Shown here: piece after piece, positions 25,256 to 40,264 of the stretch
Layout of the letters: every line of letters begins with the position of its first letter
How positions within the stretch are numbered: position 1 is the first letter of the stretch
Source: Ginglymostoma cirratum
Taxonomy: Eukaryota
Assembly (NCBI GenBank): GCA_024137785.1
Contig: JAHRHZ010000062.1
Span: 34,222,207-34,286,206 of the forward strand
Length of the DNA stretch: 64,000 nucleotides
Reading direction: 5' to 3'
Position numbers and translations under genes: made by a program
Notes under the pieces: generated by a model
Database searches by the model: none
What the model saw: only the letters and a program-made list of their open reading frames with translations
Told to the model about the DNA's origin: nothing

Positions 25256-27179
25256 GAATACATTAGAACAAGCCATGCTGTTTCCACCGTAACCCTATCT
25301 TCTAAGTTTCTAAAGTCAGGAACTGACTTTAGTTCTCATTATTTCTTCAGGCAGTAGTGGCACAGTCTAGATGCTTGTGCACTGTGCAGCTGTAAATGTT
25401 AACTGGACTATCTCAATGAGTGTAGCACAGAATCATGTTGATGCAAATAAGGTTTGGTTTTATGACTTGATGCTCATTCATGATGAATGGTGGTAGGTGG
25501 CTGTTCTACTTCATGGTCTTTACATTTTTATGACAATTTCTTCAGAAATTTAAACATCTGTTGCTGAATTATGCTTCCATTCTCCTATATTTTCTTAAAA
25601 ATTTTGAAGGTTGAGAACCAGAATATTTGTTTAATTGTTTCTCTATCTGATTTAAAGGAAATCTAAAGCTGTCATTCATAAGGTTGATCCTGGCAGTGTT
25701 GTTTGTTTAATTCACCGTTCCAGTCAGAGCAGTTGTTTTTGATGCTAATCTTTTCTTTAAAAATGTCAAAGGCTGGCAGTTTCAAAATAGCTGATCTGGC
25801 AAACTGCAAAGCTGACAATCCACAAAGCAATGTGCAACTGGAAAGTATTCCTGAATAAAGGTTTGTGGCAAAGTTTATTGTTTCAAGTTCATTTGAATAA
25901 ATTAAAATACTTTGTTGTACATTGAATTCTGGATTTTATTGGTACTTAGAAAAGCAAACTTAATTGTTTCAACGGAAGCTGAAACCCTATGGCTTTGTGC
26001 ATGTTGTGTAAAAGGAAGTGGTTACAGTGGAAGTGCAGTGAGACATGAAATTGTGACCTTTTAACTTCAACTAAACAGTGTTGTCTACTTTAAAGTAGCA
26101 AAAGCATTTTGCTGTGATCACTTTAACATTTTAAAAATATATCATCATTTAGATGTTCTAAAAATGTTTCCCTGAGGTCTGGATTCCAACTTCCTGTACA
26201 AGTTTTGATTTTTAACACTTGATGCATTTTCAATTGTATTGTAATTTAGCATCTGAAACCGTTAATTTATTCTGTAATAGTTGCTGAATGTTAAATTAAA
26301 ATTAGAATCAATGGCAAATTGTAACTAGATATTTGCATCAGAAAATAAGGCTCATGGTCTACTGAAACTGACAGATTTCTGTCTTGTACTGAAAGTTTGA
26401 AGCTATCGTCTTTGACCCTTGCTTGTAACTCGGTTTCCTAGATCCCTGTTCTAACCAGAATCACAACCTCAGTATCCTGTTTGACTCTGATCTGAACATC
26501 TGGCCCCAATATTCTCTCAATCTCAAACAGTACAGCCTTTTACCTATTTAATATCCTCTAGTACTGCCCAGCCAGTGCTGACCTGCTGAAACCCTTGTGC
26601 ACTGCAGAATATTATCTGGCAGTCAGAAGGTGCAGTGAATTCATGTCAATTTCTTCAGATACAAGCAGTGTGCAAAAATTTGTTCACCCTTCCTGTGACA
26701 TTCAACTCAATGTTCTTGATTACTAAAGGAACCAAAGGTTATGTGGAGAAGGCAGGAGAATGGGGTAGAGAAACATATCAGTCATGATCGATGGAGAAGA
26801 CTTGATGGGAGGAGTGTCTGAATTCTCCTCCTATATCTTGTGGTCAATCCTCAATGTGCTGTTGTGTCGTTGCATACTTGACTTTCAGATTAAAGTCATT
26901 GGGGCCATCTCTGCTTTGTACAAGATGCCTCACAACTAGAGGCAGCAAGTGCTAACTGACATCCTTTTTGGAACAGTAGCCAGCTGGGCTGGGATACCGC
27001 TGTCCCCACCAGGGAATGATTTGACATGCTCTGCCGGAATTGTGCGCACAGCATAAAATAGCCACAAAAGCCATCCTGTGAAATGATGGCTATCCTGATT
27101 AGACGGTTTCTTGCTATATAGTGTGCAAACATGTGGAAGGCCCTAACAGCTCAGAAAAAAATGTCCTGTCTACCTCTGA

Positions 27180-27900
27180 TTACCATGGAATCATGAGGTT
27201 CTCCAAAGTTTGAGCAACAATAGTGACATGTCTGATGTTCGCCACTAACAGAATGCGACCATCGAGCAAAAATGTACTACCTATCACACATGTGAATACT
27301 GTGATATATGGACTTCATTACCATTGAGAGTCCAGATATGTAGGACATTCATCCCAAAGATTGGTAGATTGTATCAAACAGCATGTTCTTTCAGCTGTTC
27401 AGAACAATTAAGATATTGACCATAATCCAACCTGTGCTTGCAAAACTTGCAACAGCATCCAGCATTGGATGTGATTCTGTAATTGGACAACATTTGCTGG
27501 ATAATCCTGAATGTACAAGGAATTATGTTGACAATCAATTCGGGATTCAGTTGGGCTCTGTGTGGCACACTTGTGTGTACTGGAAGCTACATCTGTGGCC
27601 CTGTTCCTTGTAGACAGACAGAACACATGCACATTGTGCCTGTTTCAAGCCAACAAGACAGTTAATGATAATTCACTGATTCATTTCTCAGAGCAGTGCC
27701 CTGATTATTGTCAACTGCCTGGTTTAAAATTTAACAAATCCTGACTGCTAAATCAGTCACCATTAATGGATGCATACACCATGGCAACATCTCTACCAAC
27801 TAGCAATCTCCTGTCATGCAGTGTAAATGTTGGTTTTCCTGTAGAATTTGTATTCCTGCAAAATGTGTGAGAAAACAGCCTTTGACAAAATATCTTTTTA
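27180..27900 (+). mobile_element. Degenerate Penelope-like element (family C), GIY-YIG region
   Basis: YVGHSSQRLVDCIKQHV...IGQHLLDNPEC remnants. Shares CTGCCTGGTTTAAAATTTAA-like sequence with the copy near 57300. Confidence 0.65.
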
Positions 27901-28769
27901 CTAACAATCCGAGGATTATTTCACAAAAACCAGTCAGTAGTTAAGTGTCAATTGTGCTGAATGTCTTTCTGTGCATTTTAAAACATGGATCACTGCACAT
28001 TTTCAGTACTGCTATTTAAATGAGTGTTGCGGCATTATTGACTTTTATTGCAACAGTGGCAATGAAGAGGCTAGGAAAACTGAATTGCTTAAAAGGTCAA
28101 ATTCCGAGGTTGGCATTTTTGCCATATTTTGAACAAAGTGCCTGAGCACAAATGATGAGATGGCTAGTATGATGACCAAAAATATTTCTAGGTTGCAGAG
28201 ATTTGAGATGGATGGTCCACAACCTGAAACAACCTTGGACAGTGCAAAATGGTTTTGACTAAATGTAAATGCTCCGAGATTTAAGTCAAAGGAATAGTAA
28301 TAGAATAAATACTGTCGCACTATGCTGTCGTTCCAGTATTCCTTCATTATAACAATGGAAGAGCTGTTTTTGATTGTTCGGAATAATGTTAGGCCTAAAT
28401 GTTGTTGTTTCAGCAGATTTTGAAGTCATGGATGGAAAATTACTGACATGATTCATATCCTTGCCACCTGTTTGCTAGTTACTATGGCTACAAGTTTAAA
28501 TTGATTGGTAAAACATTGCTAAAATTAAAACAATTCACAACATAGGAATTTTTGTCATCGAGTCAAGTAATGGGATACTGAATTTTCTGATCTGGCCTCA
28601 ATTTCCTGCATGTCCTTTTTGTCGTGCCATGAAGGTAGGTTTATGATGAATCCGTAGACTCTGAAGGTAATGCAGAGTGAGAAATTGGCCCAGATTGCAG
28701 AGTCATGCAAAAAAACTGTTGTGGGCTCAACATAAGGCCTGACTCTGCCTGAAAATTGTACAGTCATCA

Positions 28770-29510
28770 ATGAACATTTGCACTTCTGACCTTTTTTATA
28801 ATTGAGGGAAGTCTATTGAAGCAGCTGAACATGGTTGGGCCCAGGACAGTACCCTGAGGAAATCCTGCAGAGATGTCCTAGACCAGAGATGACTGAGCTC
28901 CAATAACCATAGCCATCTTCCTGCCAGAGAGTTTTCCCTTTGAGTCCCATGACTCTAGTTTTGCAAAAGCTCCTCAATGCCATACTGTCAAATGCCACCT
29001 TGCTGTCGAGGCAGTTGCTCTCATCTCTGGAATTCAGCTCCTTTGTCCATGTTTGGACCAAGGCTTACATGAAGCCAGGAGCTCAATGGCCCTGGCAGAA
29101 CCCAAACTAAGAGTCAGTGAACAGTTTATTGCTTAGTAACTGCTGCTTGGTTGCACTGTTGATGACACATTCCGTCACTTCCGTCCATCATCGACCGATG
29201 GAGCAGTAATTGGCTGCATTGAATCTTTCCAGCTTTTTGTGTACAGGACATGCCTGGGCAATTTTCTACATTGCCAGGTAAATGTCACTGTTGAAGCTGT
29301 TCAGTTGAAGCACAGTTCAGTTAGGGGCAAAGCAAGTTGTGGAGCATAACTCTTCACTACTAATATCAGAATGTTGTCAGAGCCCATAGTCTTTGAAGTG
29401 ACTGATTCCAGTTTTCCTTGATATCAAGTACAGTGAATCAGACTGACTGAAGACTGGCAACAGTGATGCTGGGGAGTTTTGGAGGATGTCAAGATGGATC
29501 ATTCACTCAG
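28770..29510 (-). mobile_element. Old LINE RT fragment
   Basis: Minus-strand LDSKVAFD and PQGTVLGP-like remnants; similar to 40740-40940 and 41935-42110. Confidence 0.6.
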
Positions 29511-32500
29511 CAGTTCTGTACAGCGTGAAACTAAAAATAGATGAGTGTTTTGAGTGCACAAGTGTTTGGAACTCCCTCCCTGAAAAGGTGGTCGAAGTGC
29601 AGTCGTTGAATATTTTCAAGGCAGATTGTTGCTAAGCAAGGGGCTGAAAGGTCATCAGAGATAGACCTCAATGTGGATTTGAGGTTACAATGGGTGATCC
29701 CATGACCTTGATGAATGGTGGAGCAGGTTCCAAGGGTTGAATGACCTCGTGCTCCTGATTGATATGTTTTTGCCTAGGAGGACCACATCTAAATGGACAG
29801 GTTAGTTCCTTTGTGTGTGGTCCTCACAACACACTTTGAATCTTTGTAGTTATGTTCAGGTATTTTAATACTTTCAGAGGCAGGAACCAGAAAATCTGCT
29901 GTTTCATTTTCAAGAGGTTCAACACCCAATGTCTGCACCCTTGTTTGGAATGGGTATGTGATGATTTCTATGCTGTTTGTGAGATCACCTAGTTTCAAAG
30001 GTAAAATCTCACAGATGTTGCTGCATTGTTAGTTTCAGAGCAGTTGTATCAACTGTATGTATGCTGAATTTTTGCAAGACAGAACTTCCTTCGTTCAAAA
30101 CTCTTGATTCTGCATGGCTGCCATCAACCCAATCTAGTGCTGTTTTTGGGATTCCATTTCTCCTGCCAATGGCCATCATGCATCTGGAAATGGAAAAGTT
30201 AAGACAAATGTTACATGTAAGTATCTGATGCCCAGGAGGCATCGATTCACATGCCAGCGCATGAGCTGGCCACCTCTGCAAGAAACAAGGTGACAGCAGT
30301 GCTGTTTTCAGGGACCTGTTTGGAAAGATGAGATCTAACACATGGATAGTTTTGTACATGGCTGTGAAAGTTACTTACTGGTTTGCAGTTCCACTACGCT
30401 GGATCCTGAGTGAATAGATAGACTTCAGGCCACCACTATCGAGTAAGCAGCAGAAACACGTTGGAAATTGTTTTCCCTCATAGGAAGGAGGTCACAGAAT
30501 TGCAGGATGTGACTTTTTACCAAGAGTCTGGCTTCCCTACAGTAGGGGATTTCATTAGTGCACACTTGTAGCCATCAAAGCCTTTAGCCTCTAAGGCCTC
30601 TGTCCGGTAATTTGTTGGTGAAGCATTGAAAGTTGGCCTCTTTATTACTGGTGTGATAATTCTGGGTAGTTTTAGGCTTGTTTTAAACGTTACTAATAAG
30701 AGTTGTACTTCATTTGCCAGCCTAACTAAAGTGTAAAAGCATAATTACAGATTGTGAAAGTATTTAAGAAGCCACAGGCACTTCCTTGCAACATGCAACA
30801 GTTGGCTGATCAAAGGATGGCTTTCTACCAGGAACCCAGACTTGACTGTTGTGTTAAGTCTAACATAAAGATGACATGAGAGGCAAGGCCAGTGTTTTAT
30901 ACACAATGGCATTGATATTGCACAATGCTGGATGTTCAATCTAAAGATAGTGCACTAATTACTTGCCTTTTTCAAGGGGCATACATCAGAAAACCATAAG
31001 TTGGTATAATTTGTAAGACAGCAGAATTGATATATCCCTCCCCGTCCCCACCATCAGCGGTTAACATGGAATCAAATACTACTTAACATCGTTCATCATC
31101 TCTTGTCCTGCTGACTAACTTTGAATTTGGCCCCTTTGTGAAGTGGGTGTTCTTTGACTTACTCTGGTTTTATGCATAGTTAGGCTCCATGCAAAAAGAA
31201 AAATCAGCAACCTTACACAGTCACACCAGGGGTTTTGAAAAGGTGGCCTATGCACTACAAATTAAGTTCATCTAGTCCCCTTCTAATTTTTTTTTTGTTC
31301 CAATTTAAAATAGTCAACTTAGTCGTAAACAAAATCAGAAGTAAATTTAATTGCACAACTATTGCTAGAAGGCACTAAGTTTAAAAACAAAAGATGGTTA
31401 TAAGCTAAAATAGAGATTAAAAATAATTACTGGTAAAAGGTGCTTGGAAAGATTAATATTTGTCTAGTGTAGGCCTGGCTTGGTTGAAGGCTTCTCTTGC
31501 TGAATATAAACAGTTAAAAATCTTAATCAAAATTTCACAACTGCAGTGACTTCTATAGTCACGTAGTTGGAAATTTATCCCACAGGTTGAACAAGTGGAA
31601 TGGTTTGGGAGGGGTGGGGGTGGGTTCCTTTATTTCACTTCGATGTCACTGCAAGTTGTTCTTTTATTCCCTTAAGTCAGAGAATAGTTAACAGTTAAGC
31701 AAATTGCTGTGGCTTTGGAGTCATTTAGGCCAGACCAGTTAAGGATTCTCTTCCCTAGAAATACATTAGTGAATCAGATGGGTTTTTACAACAATTGACA
31801 GATTGGCTAGCCTTTTACCGTAGGTTTGTATTGAATTCTGGATTTCGCCTTCTGCAGTGGTATTTGAGTCCAAGTTCCCATTAGCCTATTGATTTGGATT
31901 ACTAATTAGTACGGTGACTTTGCTGTACCGTCACCTCCAAGCCTAATTCAGTATAGTAGTCCTTGAATTGGTCTGTTTTTCCATCTCCCTGTTGAGAACC
32001 CTCTGTCTGATTTCTTGGGTTCTGACCAAATAGTGTCTGAACCTGTCTCTCGTACAGACCACAAGTTAAGATGGCTGCTATCCCACGTTGCTTCATGCCT
32101 CCATATTAGGTAACAGATCTATCCATTGTCTTTTTAGTCAAGGAAACTAACTGCCTCAGCCATCAGTTTGAATAGATGCTGTTATCAAATTATGGTGTGG
32201 TGGAAGTGATTCTTATCTCCAAGGACACTATGATCAAGGAGTTTCAGTTTACCTATGGAATTTTTTTTTTCAAAAAGTCACTTGTAATTTATTCCTGTGA
32301 TAAATAGTTTAGTCCCCATAGTTCAGGCCCCAAGATCAGTCACATGACTTCTGGGAGCAATTTTATAGGGTTCTATGTCCATTCTAAAGATGAAATAGCC
32401 TTCTTCACAAAATGTACATAACATTACAGAGTTGTGACAAACCCTATAAGAGGTGCTGCAAGTTGATTTTCCTCCTGCATGTTTGGGAAATGCATGTCAG

Positions 32501-32542
32501 ACACAACTTCAGGTGTTTTAAAGTAAATTACCTTACCAAGTG

Positions 32543-32908
32543 TTAGCTGTGATTCAGTTCGTAGCGCATGCCTCTAAATCTCCTAAATTCAAATCTTCTT
32601 CCGGGTTGGGCACAAAAATCAAGGCTGACACTTGAGTACAATACTGACGGAGTGCCAGTCACGTCAGAAACACCCATGTCTCAAACAAGTAGTTTAAAGA
32701 GTAGAACAGGGGAGGTAACCCCCTTGTCTTGGCCAATATTTATAGCTCACTAAATACCACATAAACAGACTTCTGGTTATTACCACAGTACTGTTTGTGT
32801 TCACATTGGCACCCTTGTTTCTCACCTTACCACTGGTTTTTAATTGACTTGTGTTTTGAAATGCCCGGTGGTCATGAAAAGTGCTATGTAAATGTAAGTC
32901 ATTCTTCA
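32543..32908 (+). mobile_element. DeuSINE (SacSINE1/AmnSINE-like), degenerate
   Basis: Deu-domain-like TTGGCCAATATTTAT...AAACAGACTTCTGGTTATT and 3' tail GAAAAGTGCTATGTAAATGTAAGTC. Confidence 0.7.
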
Positions 32909-33409
32909 AAACCGTGAGGTATGCACATCAAGACGATGGGATTCAGCCAGAAGCTACATTCATGGATGCTGTCTCTCAAATGAAGGAATGGGCCCTGAGG
33001 CCTGCATACAATCAATACCTTTCAACATGGTTCTCTCTTTAATAACTGAGGACACAAAGTTGAATCAATTCTGTAATGCCCTTGTTTTTGAGATGCTGTC
33101 TGCTCTGAATCAATGCCAAATGTCATTTTGACCCATTTGAAAGTTATTCATTGGATCAGCTTGCAGTTGTATGTCAGTGTATGGATTTTGTAACATTTTG
33201 GCAGTAGGGATTGAACCTTGCTAGTTTCTTTAAATATTTGTAAGTTGAATCATTTGTATTTGTTGTTTCAAACACTGGAACTACATTGTGTATTGATGTT
33301 ACAGATCCAGAAATATTGTATAAAGCTCAAGTTCAATAGTTTAGGACAAGTTGTTAGAATTTAAACATAGATCTGCTTAATAATACTGCTGAGCGTTGTG
33401 GGAATTTTT

Positions 33410-34285
33410 TTCTTTATCCACTCGTGGGATGTGGGCATCGCTGGCTAGCTGGCATTAATTGCCCATCCCTAGTTGCCCTTGAGAACATGATGTTTTGCTG
33501 CCTTGAACTGCTGCAGTCTGTGCTCTATGTTGATTCACAATGCTGCTAGGGAAAGAATTCCAGAATTTTGACCCAGTGACAGTGAAGGAACAGCGATATA
33601 TTTCCAAGTCAGGATGGTGAGTGCTTTGCAGGTGTGGTGTTTCCATGTATCTGCTGCCCATGTCCTTCAAGATGGAAATGGTGATGGGTTTGGAAGGTGC
33701 TGTCTGAGGATCTTGGATGAATTTCTACAGTGCTGCTAATGAGTGCTGGTGGAGAGAGTGCTTGCTTATTGGTACGGTGCCAGTCAAGTGGTTTGTTTTG
33801 TCCTGGATGGCATCAAGCTACTTGTGTTGTCTGGATGGGCGTAGCTCTGACAAGTGGGGAGTATTCCATTACATTCCTGACTTGTGCCCCGTAGTTGGTG
33901 GACAGGCTTTGGGGATCCAGGAGATGGGTTACTTGCTGCAGTATTCCTAGCCTCTGACCTCTTGTAGCCACTGTTTATGGTGTGAGTTTAATTCAGTTTC
34001 TGGTCAATTGTATCCTAGAATGTTGGTAGCGATGGTAACACCATTCAGTGTCAAGGAGCCTGTTCTCTTATTGGAGATGGCGATAGCCTGGCGTTTATGT
34101 AGTGTGAATATTACTTACCACTTGTCAGCCCAAGGTTGGATATTGTCTAGAATTTGTTGCATTTGAACATGGACTCCTTCAGTATCTGAGGAGTTGTGAA
34201 TGGTGCTGAATATTGTACAGTCATCAGTGAATAGCTCCACCTCTGACCTTATAATGGAGGGAAGCTCATTGAAGAAGCTTTTGCA
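33410..34285 (-). mobile_element. Old L2/CR1-clade LINE 3' fragment
   Basis: Tail TTTATCCACTCGTGGGATGTGGGCATCGCTGGC is shared with several SINE-like copies. The right end overlaps the sequence type seen at 28770. Confidence 0.65.
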
Positions 34286-35127
34286 TCAATGTCACACTGA
34301 TATTACAAAGATAGGTGGCTCCAAGTAAAAAAAAATGCCTTTTATACCAGCCGACCTTATGCTGTATTAACTGTGCTAAATAAGGTGGTAACCATGTTGA
34401 AGAAAACTGTCTAGGATCTACCAAAAGAATAATGTTCTTTGTAAATGTGTAGTTAAAAGATTGACTGAAAATTTTTTTTACTGGATTTGCACCCATTTTA
34501 CAGCAGTGCAATTCTAAGTAGTTTCATTAATAAATTACCTGTTCTCTATTTGTAATTGTACCTGATACCTACCTAGGTATCAACAACTTGAACAGAAATT
34601 GCTGTTCAATTAGCCAGTGGTAAGGTAGCAAGTGGTGGCCCTGCCGTCTTACTGCAGTGCCACTTTGAGGCCCTTAACTGACAAATCAGTACGCATTCAA
34701 GAATTACCTCATGGGAGACATTCCATGCTTGATTGAGAAACCTCAGATTAGAAGGGGTTTCGTGGGGGCTGTGGCAAGGGGGTCACTGGGAAGCGATCCC
34801 CCACTCCTAAATCCCCTTCCAAACAATCCATACTATGCCTGGAACTCTCCCTTGAGCCGCAACCTTAGCTGTCAGCAGCCACTGTTTCTTTGACATTGCT
34901 CTGTGCAGAGACCGGCAGCTGTCAGCAGGGAACAAAGAATGAATTGAATGCTGCTCTTGTGTGCCTTCCCCAAAAAGACAGGCCACATGGGGCTTTCAAC
35001 ATCTCTGCAGCTGCTGTGAGAGGTACATGTTGCATTTAGTAAGTCTACCCTTTGTGACTCTGGGGTAGTTCTTCAGTAACCTATTGTAAGACACAAGCCA
35101 AGTTCTAAATTTTGAGTCATCACAATA

Positions 35128-35348
35128 GGGGCAGCATGGTGGCTCAGTAGTTAGCATGGCTGCCTCGTGGAACCAGGGACCCAGGTTCCACCTGGGTTTC
35201 CTCTGAGTGCTCCGGTTTCCTCCCACAGTCCAAAAATATGCAGGTTAGGTGATTTTGGCCATGGGGATGAGGATGGTCATATGTTTATCCAAGGATCAGT
35301 GCAGACTTGATGGGCCGAATGGCCTCTGTCTGCACTGTAGGAATTCTA
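35128..35348 (+). mobile_element. HE1-like V-SINE (internally deleted)
   Basis: tRNA-like A box (TGGCTCAGTAGTTAGC), V-domain core GGGTTTCCTC..GTGCTCCGGTTTCCTCCCACAGTCCAAA, and a CR1-derived 3' end. Confidence 0.85.
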
Positions 35349-35809
35349 ACTCTTTGGATACTAATCAATGAGTTAAGCTAAATTTTTAGTCATCAGCAGC
35401 AACTCTTGAGTCTGAGGACCTGCCTGCCTCGGTTACCATCTTGGGTCTGATGTACCGTTAACATGGCTCCAATTAACCCATCGCCAAGTCAAAATTCAAC
35501 TTCACAGAAGTCTGGGTTTCTCCTGGAAGGATGTACCTCATTCCTACTGATTAATCTCAGCTGAATGATGCGAGGCAAACTATTCTTGAGTTTGTGGTCA
35601 AAAAATGTTTGAGTTATTCATAACCTGAAATTTCACACGTTTTAATCAGCTTCTCGAGCATAAAGATTCCAGTTTTTTATTATGAATAGAAGATATAGTT
35701 TGATTCATAACTCTTATTTCAAGATACCTGATATCTTGTGTACATTATTAAATGTAATTTTTGAAGTAGTAAATTAAATCATGCAGCATCCGTTTGTCTC
35801 TTCACATAG

Positions 35810-35956
<147 letters not shown>

Positions 35957-36972
35957 TGATTGTGCTCCATTGCCTTGAGCTTCCACTAGACTACTGCTTG
36001 TGGAAGGACGTGGGAAAAAATAACTTTTGGCACTGTGCCATTCTGTTTTTGTGCTCTTAGTGCTGCAATTATTAGCTCTGTCTCGGTAATGATTCTGCAT
36101 CTGTATCAAAAGAACAATCTTAATTGAGCACATTTTTGTCAACTCAGATAGTTGCTACTGTTGAATTTTTTACTCAAATAATAACATCAATCTGCACAAA
36201 AGACAAAATCCCATACCATTCTCCAAAGTGGAAAATGTTTTCCAATCTGAATATAAAAGACTTTTCTATCCCAAGCTGAGCAGTAAGTCCAGAAATATAA
36301 AATTTGTTAATATAAATGCGCACAGTGAGAAACACCATTTAATGCCTTAAACTAGAAAATTTGTAATCAGGCAGATGTTTAGGATATCCACTGAGTGAAT
36401 GTTCAATTTCAGTTAGGTTTTCCTAATGCACATAACTAGAATTTCAGATTTCTCAATGTACTGTACGTACTCCCGAATAGCATTTTTTGGGGAAAATTAT
36501 ATTTAGCTATATAACCTTATTGATTTAGAGTTTGATGTCTTCTATATTTGTATATCCCTTGGTACTAGTTTGGTAAACACCAACAAAATGATTTCCGACA
36601 ACATATGGTGAGATTCATCAGACGCCATATAGAGATGAGTATGTGTGTCAGAGGTGTGAGATGTTTAAGTGATCAGGAAAAAAACAGTGAAGGTATTTGC
36701 TGTCTTCTCAAGTTTTGAGATTATGCTTTCCAGTCTATTGTCTACAAGGTACATGGTAGGTATGCAAGTACAGTTAACAAAAGAAGCAGTGGCTAATGTT
36801 ATGAAAAGCATTTTGCATTTAATTGCACGGAAAAGTGTGAATTTGAAAATATGGCATGTACACACTGGCTTAATACACATGTATAGAAATGTTGCATGTT
36901 GGTGTAAAATAAGTTAGCATTCAACATATTGCATACATGTGATTTATTACTTATTGTATCCTGTTACTTTAG

Positions 36973-37107
<135 letters not shown>

Positions 37108-38944
37108 TGAGTACTTATTTGGAACATTTAACTGGGACATGTGTGTAATATTTGTGTTACATGGACTTTGTTCTGTAACTTAGCTTAAAACAAAAAAAAC
37201 ACATTTTAAAAGAAATTTTAGATTGGCTTGGTGAAGTGTATGTTTATAAATTTTATCTTGTGAAGGTAGGAAGTTTCTGAACATCATTAGTGCCCACCAC
37301 TTGCATTTATCACATTCATCAACAATTAACAATAGCAACATTCATGCCACATTACAAAAGCTCTTGTTTTCAACGATTCATTAAGTTCTTTGCACCATTA
37401 CAATGTTAGTACTTTTTAATGGTTTTAATTATTGTAGATTGAAAGGACAATATTAACATTGAAGATTCTGACAGCTTTCCATGTTAATTAAAATACTCCT
37501 TAAAATATCCTGACATTTCAGTGGTAATGGCACCAAGTGAGTGGAGGAAGAATTAAACAATTCAAAAGGAAATCTACACGTTTCCCAAAAACTCCCGACA
37601 AATGTCTCTCTCTCTTTTTATTTATTATTAAGTGAAAATACCAGTGAGATATCAGTTAAAGTTTCAGGAGGAGATATCACTCGCTCAAGACAAATATTTT
37701 ACATCAAGGACAAATTTGTTTTTATTCTTTGTTTTGTGATATTATGTATTTTGGACACTTAACCACTTGTGTAGGTATCCTCTATGCATGAGCTTAAAAA
37801 TTTAATTTTACTGTCCAGCATTTAAAAAAGCATGTTAACAGCATGATATCTATAATAACTTGTTGGGACTCTTGTTGCCATTAAACTTTATGGAAATGTT
37901 GTGCAGAAGTAGAATCCCAAGTTTTATAAGAGCATCTTCAGGATATGGCTTAGAACTTCTTATGGTCCTTGCCTCCAGGATTTTTCTTCCCTCCCTTGGT
38001 TTCCCCTCTTAAACAGTGGTTCCATGTAGGATACTAGCTTTGTGCTCCCTTCTGGTAGTAGTTAGTACATATGTTACAACCACGAAAATCATGGTTACTA
38101 CAAATTTGCCGGGTGAAATCATCAAAAGCTAAAACTACTGTAATCCTATATGACTCACTCTCAAATTCTGCTTTAATCCTTGAACTCAAGTCTAGAGAAA
38201 CAGCCATTGCAACCATGTAATCACATTGTTGTAAAATTCCCAACTGATTTCCTAAAGCCCTTAAGGAAGAAAATCTGCCATCTTCAACTGGTCTGGCTGA
38301 GACATGACTTCAGGTCCACAGCAGTGTGGTTGACTGTTGTCCATCAACTCTCTGTCTGGGCTGGGAAATAAATAGCAATGCCTACATCCCATGAATGAAT
38401 AAAAACAAACTCTTATTATTATTTCTAAACCCCCTCCATTCTCCCACCACCAACCCCAACTAGAAATTCTCATATCAATTGACAAGCCTCTTTCCGCTGC
38501 CTTCCTGAAATTAAATAACCTCTGAGTACAGAGACCTAGTCCTTTTAATAAACAGTGGCAAATTTGGGATGCATTTATTGTAGAAGACAGTAAAGTTGGA
38601 GATGAGTGCGAGGTGTCAAGGTAATGAAGATTCCTGCAGTGTTTAACTTGCTAATAATTCTTCACGTAATGAACAGAGATTTTCAGAAAGTCTTCACAAC
38701 TATGCTGTTGGTAGCAGCCAAAGGAAATCTTATGAGAAGCGCAATCCACTTCAAGAATAACATTGTCAATTCATGCAGTCCTTGTTGAACAAATTAAATG
38801 TTCAAAATTCTTCATTTTTACCATATTGATGTGTACTTTAAGAATTATGAATTTGTATTTTAGAATTATGCACAATAAAGCTCAAACTTAAATATACTTC
38901 TTGAAAGAAAGCATTTATATGCCTAATGTACAGTTAACTTCTAG

Positions 38945-39079
<135 letters not shown>

Positions 39080-39859
39080 TAGGACTCAGTTAAGTTTATG
39101 ACATTTATAGTTAAAAAAATGTTAACAATGAAACATGGATAAATTCATGAAGGGAAACTTGCCTGTTACAAACAGGCCTGATGAATTTCACGGTTCATAC
39201 AAATTTAGCAGTTCTGACAAAATATTCTGTGTCTGCATTCTCTTATTCATGGCTCATGTCTGCTGTAATCTGGAATATGCCTTTACTGACCATTATTTAG
39301 TTTAAAAGTGGACACTGCGCCAGACATCATAGAATCCTTATTGTGTCCATTGGCTATTGTAATTTTGCATTTGTTGCTACATGTATTCCCCTAAATTTAT
39401 GGAAGACAAAATGAAAAGTTCTTTAATAAAGCGAAGCCTGACTGTATACTGATACAAGTATACTGACTGATTACTTGTGTATTTATATTCCTGGGTTTGT
39501 TTTCACACGTGCAGTCAGTGTCTTGGTGGGGGGGAAATGTACTAGAAATCCTATGTAATGCTATTTACTGTGATTGCTGGTGTAACAGATAGCAAACAAC
39601 ATTTTATTATCTTCAAAGGAAGACCTCTTCAATGTTTAAGTTGCACAAATGCTTTGTTTCAGTGCAACTTAAGTAGCATGATTGCACTAATTTCACTGCC
39701 CTGCTTTCAAATGAAGTGAGATGTTAATATCTGCTTCACTGTACAAGATAAAATTTAGTTCTTATTAAACAGAATATTAAAAAGAATAGTAATTACTCAG
39801 TGTGATGTCTGTCTTTGAGAATACAGTATTGGAAGCATGAACTTTACCGTTTCATTTAA

Positions 39860-39967
<108 letters not shown>

Positions 39968-40159
39968 TAATTTCTTGGTTTGCTTTAATATTATGTTCAA
40001 ATTTTTTTAGCAAGTTGTTTTAACGTTGGAAGCATTTTCTTAGCCACATTGGGTCTACAGTTAAATTCCATGCTTTGATTTCATATCTCTATTGAGATAA
40101 CTAGTCTGTGAAATGGCAGGTTGAGTCAAGGCAAATTGGATCAATGCAATACATACTGA

Positions 40160-40264
<105 letters not shown>

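Noticed and set aside
30009-30359. 116-aa minus-strand ORF
   Set aside because: No recognisable homology; the + strand splice signals explain the region better, if anything does.
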